From assembly GCA_005776475.1 (NCBI GenBank), contig SXPB01000020.1:1-63611 (forward strand): a stretch of 63,611 nt of DNA. Direction: 5' to 3'. This DNA comes from Planctomycetia bacterium (GTDB taxonomy: Bacteria > Planctomycetota > UBA1135 > UBA2386). Numbering within the stretch: position 1 is the stretch's first letter; every line of letters starts with the position of its first letter. Below, piece after piece: positions 34,301-44,131 of this stretch. The notes beneath the pieces are model-generated. The model saw only the letters and a list, made by a program, of their open reading frames with translations, ran no database searches and was not told the DNA's origin. The translations under genes were made by a program, and so were the position numbers.

Positions 34301-35923
34301 CTACTGCGCGCCGATCATCAGCAACGCGCCGTTCGACGTGATGAAGCCGAGCGGCGTCAGCGGCGGGCTGATCGAGATCGACTGCGTACCGACGATCACT
34401 CCGATCAGCGGCGCGGAGTTCGGCACCACGAGCGGCACCTGGGCGGTGCTGACCGGGTTGAGCCAGACTTCGTTGACGCCATCGAGCACGTAGGCAAAGC
34501 ACGTCGGCATGCCGATCACGGTCAGGTCGATCGGAGCCGGCGCCGGCGTCAGGGTCAGGATCGTGGCGCCGAGCGGCGTGCCCGCAGGGATACCCGAGGT
34601 CGTGATCTGCGCCGTGGTGCCGAGCACCGGCCGCGTGGACGTCAGGCTGAGGCCAAAGCAACCCGTGCCAACCGAGGCAACCGCTGCCGACAAGGCGCCG
34701 TTCGGCACTTCGGCGGGAACGACGACCGACAGCGCACCCGGGCCGACGCGGGCCTGGTCGATGACCACCGTGCTCGTCGTCGGCGCGACGGTCGCGTCGA
34801 ACCAGACGTTGTAGATGGTGTTCCAGTCGAGCGAGTTGGTGCCCGTCGCCATGAACGACAGCTCATTGCCGCTGCGCGACCAGGTCCAATCGTTGAGCGG
34901 GTTGCCGTCGATGTCGCGGAAGCCGACCGCCGTCAGCTGTGCGTCCGGGTGCAGCGGGAGCTTCAGCGACGCGCCGCCGCGGGCGTTGTCGATGTTGTGC
35001 ACCGCGTACTCGAAGTGGTAGACACCGTTGACCGGGCCGGTGACCTTCGATGCCACCAGGAAGCGGCCGTCGTCGAGGCCGTTGCCGGCCGTGTTGCGGA
35101 CCGAACCGGTCCACCGATTGAGCACCGAGCCCTGCACCGGCAGGCTGGGAGTGCCGGCCTGCCACGCAGTGCCGCTCCACGTGATGGGGAACAACTCCGA
35201 CAACTGGTTGTTGCCGCGGTTGGCGACCGGCTCGCCTTCGCAGACGAGGTGAACCTGGGCGTAGAACGTGCCGCCTTGGCTCAATTCACTTTCCGGAATG
35301 ACGCCGCGGTTCTTCAGCGCATCCCAGGTGTTGATCTGCGTGTTCGTCAACGATTGGGTGCCATCGGAAGCCGCAGGGCCGGCCACCGCGGGGTCGCCGC
35401 GGTCGAAGTAGCTGCCGACGGGATTCCAGCTGCCGGTCCACGGATCGAGTTCACTCGACGGGCCTAGGTTGAAACGGTTGCCGTTGAAGCCGGTGGTGTA
35501 GGCGTCGTAGCAGCCCATGCGGAACGTGCTCGTCGGCCCCGACTGGCAGGTGCCGCATTGGCTCGAGCCGAGGTTGTAGGTGACGCGCGAGTGCTTGACG
35601 AAGTTCTCCGACACCTTCACCTGGACCATGCGGCCGTTGCTTTCGCGGGCCAGCATGAACGCGATCTTGAAGTGCACGTCGGTCATCAGGCCGCCGGTCG
35701 TCGGCGACGTCGCCCACGGCACGTGCACGGTGCCGGCGTTGCAGAACGCATGGCCGAATCCGACCGCGACTTCACCATTCGGGTAGGCCGGGCCGCGGCG
35801 ACCGTAGATCGTGGGGCTGTAGACGTCGTAGAGATTGACGTCCGTGCCGGGAATCGCATTGGATTGCGCGGCGGCAATCGACGCGAGCGTGACGAGGGAC
35901 AGATTGGCGAGGGAGATACGCAT
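34301..35923 (-). CDS. Secreted protein with a ~390-aa N-terminal region of no recognised family plus the shared C-terminal module
   Basis: The signal peptide is MRISLANLSLVTLASIAAAQ. The module is at 34304-34684 (VGTGCFG ... GMPTCFAY ... VGTQSISI). Confidence 0.6.
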   Translation of the reverse strand: MRISLANLSLVTLASIAAAQSNAIPGTDVNLYDVYSPTIYGRRGPAYPNGEVAVGFGHAFCNAGTVHVPWATSPTTGGLMTDVHFKIAFMLARESNGRMVQVKVSENFVKHSRVTYNLGSSQCGTCQSGPTSTFRMGCYDAYTTGFNGNRFNLGPSSELDPWTGSWNPVGSYFDRGDPAVAGPAASDGTQSLTNTQINTWDALKNRGVIPESELSQGGTFYAQVHLVCEGEPVANRGNNQLSELFPITWSGTAWQAGTPSLPVQGSVLNRWTGSVRNTAGNGLDDGRFLVASKVTGPVNGVYHFEYAVHNIDNARGGASLKLPLHPDAQLTAVGFRDIDGNPLNDWTWSRSGNELSFMATGTNSLDWNTIYNVWFDATVAPTTSTVVIDQARVGPGALSVVVPAEVPNGALSAAVASVGTGCFGLSLTSTRPVLGTTAQITTSGIPAGTPLGATILTLTPAPAPIDLTVIGMPTCFAYVLDGVNEVWLNPVSTAQVPLVVPNSAPLIGVIVGTQSISISPPLTPLGFITSNGALLMIGAQ

Positions 35924-36001
35924 TCGGGAAGTTGCGCATTTCTGGCCCTTGCCGTCAAGGGAGTGGGCCGCGCGATCGATCGCCCGCTCACCTTGGAGCG
36001 T

Positions 36002-36727
36002 TCAGGACCGGCTGCGAGCCGTAAGCCCGAGGACCGCCGCTTCGGCAGTGCGCACCACGGTGGCCCAGCCGTCCCGGTCGTCGCTGGCATTGTCGAAGCG
36101 CAGGGGGGCGCCGATGCGCAGCACCACGGGCCGGGGCCGCGGCAACCGCGCCTGCCGAGGCCAGGCTGCGAACGCACCCTCCAGATGGCACGGCACCACG
36201 GGCACGGCAGTGCCCGCGACCAGCATCCCGAGCCCGGGCTTAAACGCCTGCATCGCGCCGGTCGCGCTGCGCGTGCCTTCGGGGAACATCACCAGGCCGA
36301 AGGCATCCTCGACCAGCCGCGTGCGCAGATCCTCGATCGCATGCCGCACCTGGCGTTGGCGGCGCATCGGCAGCGCGTTCAGCAACACCGAGGCCAGCAG
36401 GGAACGGGTCGGGGTTTCGAAGAACACGTCGCTGGCCGCCAACAGATAGGTCGATTGCCGCACCCGCCACGGCAGCGCCGTGGTCAACGCCAGGGCGTCC
36501 AGGTGGCTGGTGTGGTTGGCGACCAGGATGAACGGTGGCGTCGCCGGCAGGTGTTCGCGGCCTTCGATCTGCAACCGATGCCACACGCGCAACAGGCATG
36601 ACAGGGCGGAGCCGGCGATGCGCTGCCCGATGGCCTCGATCAGGCCGGGTTCGCGGCGCGTGCTGGCCATTCGCTGTTCCAACGACATGCCGTGGTCGCG
36701 CGCGGGTCGCAGTCGCCAGGGTTCCAC
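36002..36727 (-). CDS. plsC: 1-acyl-sn-glycerol-3-phosphate acyltransferase
   Basis: The HX4D motif is VANHTSHLDAL and the FPEGTRS motif is present. The track start is GTG 36727, and ATG alternatives lie a few codons in. Confidence 0.75.
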   Translation of the reverse strand: MEPWRLRPARDHGMSLEQRMASTRREPGLIEAIGQRIAGSALSCLLRVWHRLQIEGREHLPATPPFILVANHTSHLDALALTTALPWRVRQSTYLLAASDVFFETPTRSLLASVLLNALPMRRQRQVRHAIEDLRTRLVEDAFGLVMFPEGTRSATGAMQAFKPGLGMLVAGTAVPVVPCHLEGAFAAWPRQARLPRPRPVVLRIGAPLRFDNASDDRDGWATVVRTAEAAVLGLTARSRS

Positions 36728-36728
36728 G

Positions 36729-37733
36729 TCAACCTCCGGTGAGCAGCCGCGGCACCGAGGACAGGCCGATGCCGTGCTCGTAGCCGATCAGGTGGAACAC
36801 CGCCGGCGCCACCAGTACCAGGCTGTCGAAGCGGTCCAGCAGTCCACCGTGGCCAGGGATGGTGGCGGCGAAGTCCTTGATCCCGACGTCGCGTTTGATC
36901 GCCGACAGCACCAGGTCACCGAGCTGGCCAGCGATCGCGATCAGCAGGCCGAGCAGCAGCAGTCGTGAGCCTTCGGCGCAGGGACGCCCTGCCAACACGT
37001 GCGGGCCGACCAGAGCGACGAACGCGCTGGTCAGCACCACGGCGCCGATCGCGCCGGCCCACGTCTTGTTCGGGCTGATGTGGGGTAGCAGCTTGCGGCG
37101 CCCGAACAAACGGCCGCACACGTAGGCGAACACGTCGTTGAGTTCGACCGCGATCAGCACGAACAGCACGATCGGCCGGTAGTCGACATCGTTGGCGAAG
37201 TAGCCCAGGTGGCCGATGCCGTTGCCGAAGAACGCGAACGCGAACACGCCGAGAGCGGTGCGCTGCACGTAGCCCTTCGGCGCATCGGTGATCACCGCGA
37301 TGCCCGCGATGGTGACGACGCCGAGCGGCAGCGCCGCCATGAACAGTTCGTACCAGTGGTCGACGACGGCGAAGGTGGTCGCGAGGATGCCGAGCACGAC
37401 CAGCGCGCTGATCAGGTGTTCGCGGAACAAGCCGGTCGCCCGCGCGAACTCGCGATAACAGCCGAGGCTCAGCAGCAGCACGGCGGCGAAGGTCGACGCC
37501 GCGCCGAGCAGCACCGGGCCGATCATCAGCGGTGCCAGGATCCACCACGACTTGATGCGTTGGTGCAGTTCGAGTCGCGTGCTTGCCCCGATCCGGCCCG
37601 AGGCCGACAGTCCGGCGACCAGCCCCGTCGCGAGCACGAGCACCAGGAACACGCCGCCGACCAGCCAGAGCACGGCGGGATGGTCGAACGCGTGCTGCCA
37701 GCCGAACAGGCGTTGCAGGGTCGCTTCGTTCAT
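36729..37733 (-). CDS. cdsA: Phosphatidate cytidylyltransferase (CDP-diglyceride synthase)
   Basis: ATG 37733 overlaps the upstream stop (ATGA). The protein is multi-TM. The C-terminal signature is SAIKRDVGIKDFAATIPGHGGLLDRFDS. Confidence 0.8.
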   Translation of the reverse strand: MNEATLQRLFGWQHAFDHPAVLWLVGGVFLVLVLATGLVAGLSASGRIGASTRLELHQRIKSWWILAPLMIGPVLLGAASTFAAVLLLSLGCYREFARATGLFREHLISALVVLGILATTFAVVDHWYELFMAALPLGVVTIAGIAVITDAPKGYVQRTALGVFAFAFFGNGIGHLGYFANDVDYRPIVLFVLIAVELNDVFAYVCGRLFGRRKLLPHISPNKTWAGAIGAVVLTSAFVALVGPHVLAGRPCAEGSRLLLLGLLIAIAGQLGDLVLSAIKRDVGIKDFAATIPGHGGLLDRFDSLVLVAPAVFHLIGYEHGIGLSSVPRLLTGG

Positions 37734-38398
37734 GGCGCGTCGGCGCGCAGGCGCAAGGCAAGGTTGCGCAGTCGGCGCAGCGCGGTCCACAGCGAACCGA
37801 GGCTGATCGTGGCGAGCACCAGCGTAGGCAGGTTCCAGGTTCCCGTCGGCAGCCAGCCGGAGGGTGCCAGGCCGAGGTAGAGCGCCGCCATCGTGACGAA
37901 GAACATGCGTTGCGGTTTCGCCATCGGCCCGCCGAAGTCGCTGGTGCCCGTCAGCGCCTTGCCGAGCGCGCGCACGTAGGCGGTCGCCATCGCCAGCAGT
38001 GCCGCGGTGAGTCCGAGCCAGGTGAAACCGCTCGCATACCCGAAGCCCACCAGCACCGCGGTGTCGGCGATGCGGTCGGGTACCTCGTTGAACAGTTCGC
38101 CCAAGGCCGAGGCGCTATCGGATTCGACAGCGACCATGCCGTCGAGCAGGTTGCAGAGCAGGCGCAACTGGATCGCTGCTGCGCCCACGAGACACAGCAG
38201 TCGTGCCGCGTCAGGCACGACTGTCGTTGCGGCCAACGCGGCACCGGCGGCAATGCCGGCGAACATGCCGAACACCGAGATCGCATTCGGGGACACGCCG
38301 CGCGCCACCAGCGCCAGGCACGCACGCCTGGCCAGGGCGGTGTCACGACTGGCGAGCGGTCGTCGATCGCCAACGCCGGAAGGCGGCACGGGGGTCAT
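37730..38398 (-). CDS. CDP-alcohol phosphatidyltransferase family protein (variant motif)
   Basis: This is the C-terminal 222 aa of ORF 37730-40096, starting at ATG 38398 (MTPVPPSG). The motif region is NLLDGMVAVESDSASALGELFNEVPDRIAD. It is a multi-TM protein. Confidence 0.65.
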   Translation of the reverse strand: MTPVPPSGVGDRRPLASRDTALARRACLALVARGVSPNAISVFGMFAGIAAGAALAATTVVPDAARLLCLVGAAAIQLRLLCNLLDGMVAVESDSASALGELFNEVPDRIADTAVLVGFGYASGFTWLGLTAALLAMATAYVRALGKALTGTSDFGGPMAKPQRMFFVTMAALYLGLAPSGWLPTGTWNLPTLVLATISLGSLWTALRRLRNLALRLRADAP

Positions 38399-38477
38399 CG
38401 GCCGTCGAGCGTAAGGCTGCGCTGCGTTCGCTGCGACGCCGCCGACGAGAAGTCCGGCGACGATGCCAAGCCGCGGC

Positions 38478-38705
38478 TCAGCCTTCGTACTTGAACGACA
38501 GGCTGACGCGCGCGCGGAAGGCGACCACCTTGCCGTTCTCGATCTTGACGTCCAGCTTGGACACTTCGGCCACGCGCAGGTCGCGCAGCGTCTTCGCCGC
38601 CGTCTCGATGGCGGTGCGCGCCGCCTCTTCCCACGAGACTGCGCTGGTGCCGATGATTTCCGTGACGCGATAGACGCCGCCGCTGCCCGAGTTCTTCTTC
38701 GCCAT
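38478..38705 (-). CDS. Dodecin-family flavin-binding protein
   Basis: ATG 38705 lies in ORF 38478-38960 and gives 75 aa: VYRVTEIIGTSAVSWEEAARTAIETAAKTLRDLRVAEVSKLDVKIENGKVVAFRARVSLSFKYEG. A GGAG lies 9 nt upstream. Confidence 0.7.
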   Translation of the reverse strand: MAKKNSGSGGVYRVTEIIGTSAVSWEEAARTAIETAAKTLRDLRVAEVSKLDVKIENGKVVAFRARVSLSFKYEG

Positions 38706-38901
38706 GTCGTTGTGCTCCGTGGTGGTGAGGCGAGGGCGAAATCCCTGCCTGTCGATCGCGGCAGCATAGGTCGGGCGCCGCGCTGTCGCCACGAGCCGCT
38801 CCTTGGCTGGGAAACGACACGCGGTCGCGTCACCGCACCGCATCGGGGCGCGCGTTCCTCCGGCAAGCCGTCGGCAACGGCGCGTGCTGCCGCGGCCGGC
38901 G

Positions 38902-40419
38902 TCAGTGCACCGGCAGGAACCGCCAGACCTGCACGTCGGCATCGAACACGAGTTCGGCATTCGCCCGCAGCCACGTGACAGTGGCCGCCGGCGCCGAACC
39001 TGGCACCGGGTCGAAGGCGAAGCGCGCGCCGAGACGGCGCAGGTCGGCGAGCCGATCCCAGGTGAACTCCTCCCTGGGTATCGCGAAGCCGTGGCGGCGG
39101 CTCTGGTAGAGCAGGCGCGGGTCTTCGAAGTTGTTGCCGCTGTGCCATTCCTTGTCTTCGCGCGGCTTTTCCGACCGCACGACGATCAGATCGTCCGGCG
39201 CGGAGAGCGACTGCACGACCTTGGCTGCCGCCATGATCGGATGTTCGTTGACGACGATGCGCACACCGCGTTCGTCCTTGAGGCGCCAGGCCCCTTGCGC
39301 GCAGAGACCGACGAGGACAGCGAGCCACAGCCACAGCGGCGCGCGCCGCGGCCAGGCGATCGCCACGCACCACGCACCCGCGAACGCGGCGAAAATGTGG
39401 TAGTGCGGCCCGAGCCCCGAATTGTGGCTGTAGCGGAACGACACCAGCAGCCCGGCGCCGACGGCGGCGAGCAGGGCGAAGTCGGCGAAGCCGAGTCGGC
39501 GTTGCAACAGCGCCGCCAGAAACGCGACCATGCCGAAGGCAGAACAACCGAACGCCAGCAGTGACCACGCCATCACGGCGTGGGTGCCCGGGTCGAACAG
39601 GTGCGCCGCATCGGGGAACTTGCTGTCGCCGCCGCTGACCACACCGAACGAGAGCCCCGTTTCCGCGTGCAGGTGTGCACCATGGACCAGCCAGAGGCAC
39701 ACCGGGATCAGGATCATGGCGAACGAAGCCCACAGCAGCGGATGGGTGGACTTGCGTGGCGCCCAAGCCAGGGTCCATCCGAACATGACGATGCCGAGTT
39801 GCAGCGACAGGGGCTTCTGCAGGCACGAAGCCTGGATGGCCAGGGTGGCGAAGCAGATTGCCAGGCGCGACGACGTGCGCAGCCAGCGTTCCAACAGCAG
39901 CAGACCGACCATGCCGCAAGCGAAGCTGGTGGCATCGGGCATCACGCGGGCGCCGAGGATCAGGGTGCTGCCGCAGCACAGGAGGACCGCGAGGCCGACG
40001 ACAGCTCCGGTCGGTCCGGCCCGGCGCTCGAGCAGGCGATGCGCGGCCAAGGTGCCAAGGATCATCGACAGCAGCGACAGCACGCGACCGGGCCATTCGA
40101 CGATGCCGGTGACCGCGAGCACGGCCCCGACCACCAGCTGGTACAGCGGGAACTCACATTCGACGGCGCCATCGGTGAGGCCGCGCCAATCGATGCGCGG
40201 GCGCAGCGGGTCGAAGCCGTCGTGCACGAAGTTGCGGGAGATTGCCTGCGTTTCGCATTCGCGCCACGAGGTGCCGATGCCGTGCGGGATCAGGAACCAC
40301 ACGACGAGCGCCCAGGCGATGGCCAGGGCGAGTGCGACGCGGCGACCTCGCTGGACGTCGACGGTCAACCAGTCGCCCCCTCCGGGCCGCGTCGGCGTGG
40401 ACTCGTTCGGCGCCATCAC
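38902..40419 (-). CDS. GT-C fold membrane glycosyltransferase (ArnT/PMT_2-like)
   Basis: 505 aa with ~11 TM helices. The early loop has ...AISRNFVHDGFDPLRPRIDW...ECEFPLYQ, followed by a C-terminal soluble domain. Confidence 0.5.
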   Translation of the reverse strand: MMAPNESTPTRPGGGDWLTVDVQRGRRVALALAIAWALVVWFLIPHGIGTSWRECETQAISRNFVHDGFDPLRPRIDWRGLTDGAVECEFPLYQLVVGAVLAVTGIVEWPGRVLSLLSMILGTLAAHRLLERRAGPTGAVVGLAVLLCCGSTLILGARVMPDATSFACGMVGLLLLERWLRTSSRLAICFATLAIQASCLQKPLSLQLGIVMFGWTLAWAPRKSTHPLLWASFAMILIPVCLWLVHGAHLHAETGLSFGVVSGGDSKFPDAAHLFDPGTHAVMAWSLLAFGCSAFGMVAFLAALLQRRLGFADFALLAAVGAGLLVSFRYSHNSGLGPHYHIFAAFAGAWCVAIAWPRRAPLWLWLAVLVGLCAQGAWRLKDERGVRIVVNEHPIMAAAKVVQSLSAPDDLIVVRSEKPREDKEWHSGNNFEDPRLLYQSRRHGFAIPREEFTWDRLADLRRLGARFAFDPVPGSAPAATVTWLRANAELVFDADVQVWRFLPVH

Positions 40420-40618
40420 CTGCGAGAGTAGCTCGCAGGTGGCGCGACGGCGGGCGGCGCGATCCCTGCCATCGGCCAGGCGCGCGTGCGGCCGTTGGCA
40501 ACGTCGGGTTGCCGTGTCTCACGACGAGTGTGCGGCGTGAACTTCTCTGGGCGGGATCGGCGGGCTGCCGGGCAATGCACTGGTCAATCCGGGGAGCCCG
40601 TCGCGCTATCGTGCGGCC

Positions 40619-42016
40619 ATGCTGCGTTGCCTCGTCCGATGCGCCTTCGTCGCGCTCATCGCCACCGCTCTCGGCTGCAGTGGCGCAAGGCAGCATGCCG
40701 TGCGGCCCAATCTGCTCATCGTCGTCACCGACGACCAGCGTTGGGACAGTCTCGGTTGCATGGGCGACACCCGTCTGCGCACGCCGCACCTCGACCAACT
40801 CGCGGCCGATGGCGTTCGCTTCGACCAGGCCTTCGTCACCACCGCGATCTGCGCCGCCTCGCGCGCCTCGATCCTCACCGGCCAGTACGAAGGCACGCAC
40901 GGCTACACGTTCGGCACGCCGCCGCTCGGCGATGCGCACGTCGACGCCAGCTACCCGGCGCAACTGAAGCGGGCCGGCTACCGCACCGGCTTCATCGGCA
41001 AGTTCGGCGTCAACGCGGCGAAAGGAGCGACGCCGCGCATGTTCGACGTGTTCGAGCCGCTGGGTGGGCCGCCGGCGGGCGCTGCCGGCCCCAACGGCGA
41101 ACGTCGCCACCGCTGTGACCGCACCGCCGACCGCGCGCTCGCGTTCCTCGACGGCTGCCGCACCGACCAGCCGTGGTGTCTGTCGGTGAGCTTCCACGAG
41201 CCGCATGCCGACGACGGCGACCCGCGCCAGTACGTCTGGCCGAGCGCGTTCGACACGCTGTACGAAGACGTCGTCTTCGCGCCGCCGGCGACGATGGATC
41301 CGTCGTTCTTCGCGACCTTGCCGGAGTTCTTGCGCCGGTCGGAGAGCCGGGTGCGCTTTGGCTGGCGCTTCGACGAAGCGGACAAGTACCAGCGCATGGT
41401 GCGTGGGTACCACCGGCTCATCGCGGCCGTGGACGCCAACGTGGGCCGGTTGCGCGCCGCCCTGGCGGCGCGCGGCATGGCCGACGACACCATCATCGTG
41501 TTCACGTCGGACAACGGCTACTTCCTCGGCGAGCGTGGGTTCGCCGACAAGTGGTATGCGTACGAGCCGTCGATCCGGGTGCCGCTGCTCGTCGTCGATC
41601 CCCGCGCGGCGAAGGCCCGCCGCGGCGTGCGTTCGGCGGCGATGGCGCTCAACGTCGATCTGGCGCCGACCCTGCTCGATTTCGCCGGCGTCGCGATTCC
41701 GGCAGTGCACCAGGGCCACAGCCTGCGGCCGGTGCTCGCTGGCGACGCGCCCGCCGACTGGCGACGTTCGTTCTTCTACGAGCACCGCTTCGTGCACGCG
41801 CGCATTCCGCGCAGCGAAGGCGTGCGCACCGAGCAGTTCACCTACCTGCGTTGGATCGACGAGACGCCGGCACCGGAAGAGCTGTACGACCACGTCGCCG
41901 ACTTCGCGCAGGTGCACAACCTCGCCGCCGACGCAGCGCAGGCGGCGACGCTGGCGGACTTGCGGGCGCGTTGCGATGCGCAGCGCGCGACGTTGGCGCC
42001 GAGCGCGACCCGCTGA
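40619..42016 (+). CDS. Formylglycine-dependent sulfatase
   Basis: Motifs are PNLLIVVTDDQRWDSLG, the C-x-A-x-R motif CAASRASILTG, FTSDNGYFLGERG and DKWYAYEPSIRVPL. Confidence 0.8.
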   Translation: MLRCLVRCAFVALIATALGCSGARQHAVRPNLLIVVTDDQRWDSLGCMGDTRLRTPHLDQLAADGVRFDQAFVTTAICAASRASILTGQYEGTHGYTFGTPPLGDAHVDASYPAQLKRAGYRTGFIGKFGVNAAKGATPRMFDVFEPLGGPPAGAAGPNGERRHRCDRTADRALAFLDGCRTDQPWCLSVSFHEPHADDGDPRQYVWPSAFDTLYEDVVFAPPATMDPSFFATLPEFLRRSESRVRFGWRFDEADKYQRMVRGYHRLIAAVDANVGRLRAALAARGMADDTIIVFTSDNGYFLGERGFADKWYAYEPSIRVPLLVVDPRAAKARRGVRSAAMALNVDLAPTLLDFAGVAIPAVHQGHSLRPVLAGDAPADWRRSFFYEHRFVHARIPRSEGVRTEQFTYLRWIDETPAPEELYDHVADFAQVHNLAADAAQAATLADLRARCDAQRATLAPSATR

Positions 42017-42019
42017 GAA

Positions 42020-43879
42020 TCACCGCACCGCGCCGATCGCCTTCTGGAACGCCGCGTTGCCGCCGACGACCGGCAGTTCGAGGAAGGTGGCGTCGAGGTC
42101 GAACGTCAACTCGGTGCCCGCCGCCGGCCACAGCGTGAAGTCGCGGTCGCTCGAGAACAGCATCAGGCCGAGCCGCTTGCCCTTCACGAGCACCTGGTCG
42201 TCGGGTTGCAGGTCGAACGTCAACTGGTACGACTGCCCCGGCGTCAACGGCTTGCTCTCCGTCAACGAGGCGTGGTTCTGCGGATCGGCCCAGCCGCGGG
42301 TGATCACCGAGTCGGTGATGAGGCCCTCGGTCCACGGCAACTGCACGAGCCAGACCGACAGGTTCACGGCGGGTTTGCTGCTCGCCACGCGAACCGTCAA
42401 TCGCGCCGTGCCCGACACGTGCAAGGTGTCGACGAGGGGTGGGGTCGCGTACAGCAGCCGGTGCGGCGACGTCGCGGCCTTGGCCAGCTCGGCGCCGGCG
42501 ACGGCAACATCGTCGACGAGGGTCTCGGTCTTGCGGCCAGACTTGCCCTCGGTGCGAAGTTCGCCCACCGACGCTCCGTCCGGGTGCGGATGCAGTGCGA
42601 CCATCTTCGCTTCCGGATGCGGATAGTCGGGGTAGGCGGTCGGTTGGTCGGCCTTCTGGTCCTCGCGCACGATCCAGCTCTTCGGGTCCTTCTCGACGCC
42701 ATTGTCGATGCCGTACAGGAAGCGCGTGAACCAGCGGTTGCGCAGCACCAGCGGCGGCGGGCCGCCGTGGCCGCCCTGGTGGAAGTAGGCCATGCAGGGC
42801 ACGCCCTTCTGCTTGAGTGCTTCGTAGATCCGCACGCTGTGCTCGGGCATCACGTTCCAGTCGTTCCACGCGTGCGCCATCAGCGTCGGCGTGCGCATCG
42901 GTCCGAGGTCGTTGAGGTAGTCGCGGCCGGCCCAGAACTCGTTGTAGTCGCCGGTCACGCGGTCGAAGCGCGTGAGCATCTCTTCGTCGCGCACCTTCTT
43001 GTCGCAGTAGGCGCGTCGTTCGGGGTTGCCGCTGTTGATGAAGTCGTAGAGGACGTCGATGTCCTCGCCCATGTAGCCACCGGGGTGCCGGATGAGCCCG
43101 TGGCTGCGGTAGTAGTGGTAGTACGAAGTGTTGGGCGCGATCGGAATGATGGCCTCGAGGCCCTCGACGCCCGTCGTGGCGGCGGCGAGCGGCAGCGTGC
43201 CGTTGTAGGAGGTGCCGGTCATGCCGACCTTGCCGCTGCACCACGCCGCCTTCACCTCGACGTTGCCGTCGATCGTCGTGTAGCCCTTGGCGCGCCCACA
43301 CAGCCAGTCGATCACCGCCTTGGGGGCCAGCGACTCGTTGTCGCCGCCGACGGTCGGGCAACCCTGGGAGTAGCCGGTTCCTGGCGACGACGAGTGCACG
43401 ACGGCGAAACCGCGCGGCACCCAGGTGCGCACTTCGGTGTTGCTGATCATGCCCGGGCCTTTGCCCACGGCGATCGCCGGGCTCGGCTCGTGCATCGGTG
43501 GTTTGGCGCCGACTTCGTGCTTGGGATCCCAGAACCAGCGGCTGTCGTTGCTGCCGGTGCCCGCGAAGTACGGGCTCGTCTCGTAGACCACCGGCACCTT
43601 GAGGCCTTCGGTGTCGGTCTGCTTCTGCCGCGTCACCGAGACGTGCAAGCGGTCCTTCTTGCCATCGCCGTCGGAGTCGAACGAGGCTTCGACCCACAGG
43701 AAGTGCCGGATCCAGGTCTCGGGATCGTTGAATGCCGGGACCACCTGCGCCTGCCCATCGACGAACACGGGCTGGCTGGGGGCAGGGGCGTGGCCGGCGG
43801 TCTGGGCTTGGATCGAAGCGGTGGCGCCAGCGATGCCGACCAGCCACGGGACGAGACGACGCAGCGGACTGTTGCGCAT
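42020..43879 (-). CDS. Xaa-Pro dipeptidyl-peptidase (S15 family, PepX-like), secreted
   Basis: This is the C-terminal 619 aa of ORF 42020-45601, starting at ATG 43879 (MRNSPLRRLVPWLVGIAGATASIQAQ). The nucleophile motif is GMTGTSYNGTL. DSDGDGKKDRL and the C-terminal beta-sandwich are present. Confidence 0.75.
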   Translation of the reverse strand: MRNSPLRRLVPWLVGIAGATASIQAQTAGHAPAPSQPVFVDGQAQVVPAFNDPETWIRHFLWVEASFDSDGDGKKDRLHVSVTRQKQTDTEGLKVPVVYETSPYFAGTGSNDSRWFWDPKHEVGAKPPMHEPSPAIAVGKGPGMISNTEVRTWVPRGFAVVHSSSPGTGYSQGCPTVGGDNESLAPKAVIDWLCGRAKGYTTIDGNVEVKAAWCSGKVGMTGTSYNGTLPLAAATTGVEGLEAIIPIAPNTSYYHYYRSHGLIRHPGGYMGEDIDVLYDFINSGNPERRAYCDKKVRDEEMLTRFDRVTGDYNEFWAGRDYLNDLGPMRTPTLMAHAWNDWNVMPEHSVRIYEALKQKGVPCMAYFHQGGHGGPPPLVLRNRWFTRFLYGIDNGVEKDPKSWIVREDQKADQPTAYPDYPHPEAKMVALHPHPDGASVGELRTEGKSGRKTETLVDDVAVAGAELAKAATSPHRLLYATPPLVDTLHVSGTARLTVRVASSKPAVNLSVWLVQLPWTEGLITDSVITRGWADPQNHASLTESKPLTPGQSYQLTFDLQPDDQVLVKGKRLGLMLFSSDRDFTLWPAAGTELTFDLDATFLELPVVGGNAAFQKAIGAVR

Positions 43880-43955
43880 CGCCGGGTCATACTCTGCTGC
43901 CGGCGATCGACGCGAAGGACAACCTCCCGTTGCTCCGCTCGTTTCCCGGAGAACC

Positions 43956-44057
43956 ATGCCAACCGCCCTCCAGGCGTTGCGGCAGGAAGACGTGCGTCGC
44001 CGGGTCGCCGAGGCGGAGGCCGTGTTGCAGCAGCACAAGCGCACCGAACCGCGATGA
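43956..44057 (+). CDS. Possible 33-aa small ORF upstream of the methyltransferase operon
   Basis: ATG 43956 is preceded by GGAGA (43948-52). It encodes MPTALQALRQEDVRRRVAEAEAVLQQHKRTEPR, which looks helical and charged. I recognise no homology. Confidence 0.2.
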   Translation: MPTALQALRQEDVRRRVAEAEAVLQQHKRTEPR

Positions 44058-44131
44058 AGTAGCCGGCCGCCGCTACTCGCGCCGCCGCTACTGGTCTCAA
44101 GTCGGGACCTCCGCGTGTCGATGTTTGCAAC

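Noticed and set aside
38706-38901. Possible FMN riboswitch upstream of the dodecin (flavin-binding) gene
   Set aside because: I read the 196-nt leader on the minus strand and could not find the conserved FMN-element core or any other riboswitch signature I know.
40419-40520. Two short hairpins (ctgcgag-agtag-ctcgcag at 40419-40437; ggcaac-gtcgg-gttgcc near 40497-40513) in the GT-C/sulfatase divergent region
   Set aside because: Stems of 6-7 bp are expected by chance in GC-rich DNA. There is no flanking signal that would assign a function.
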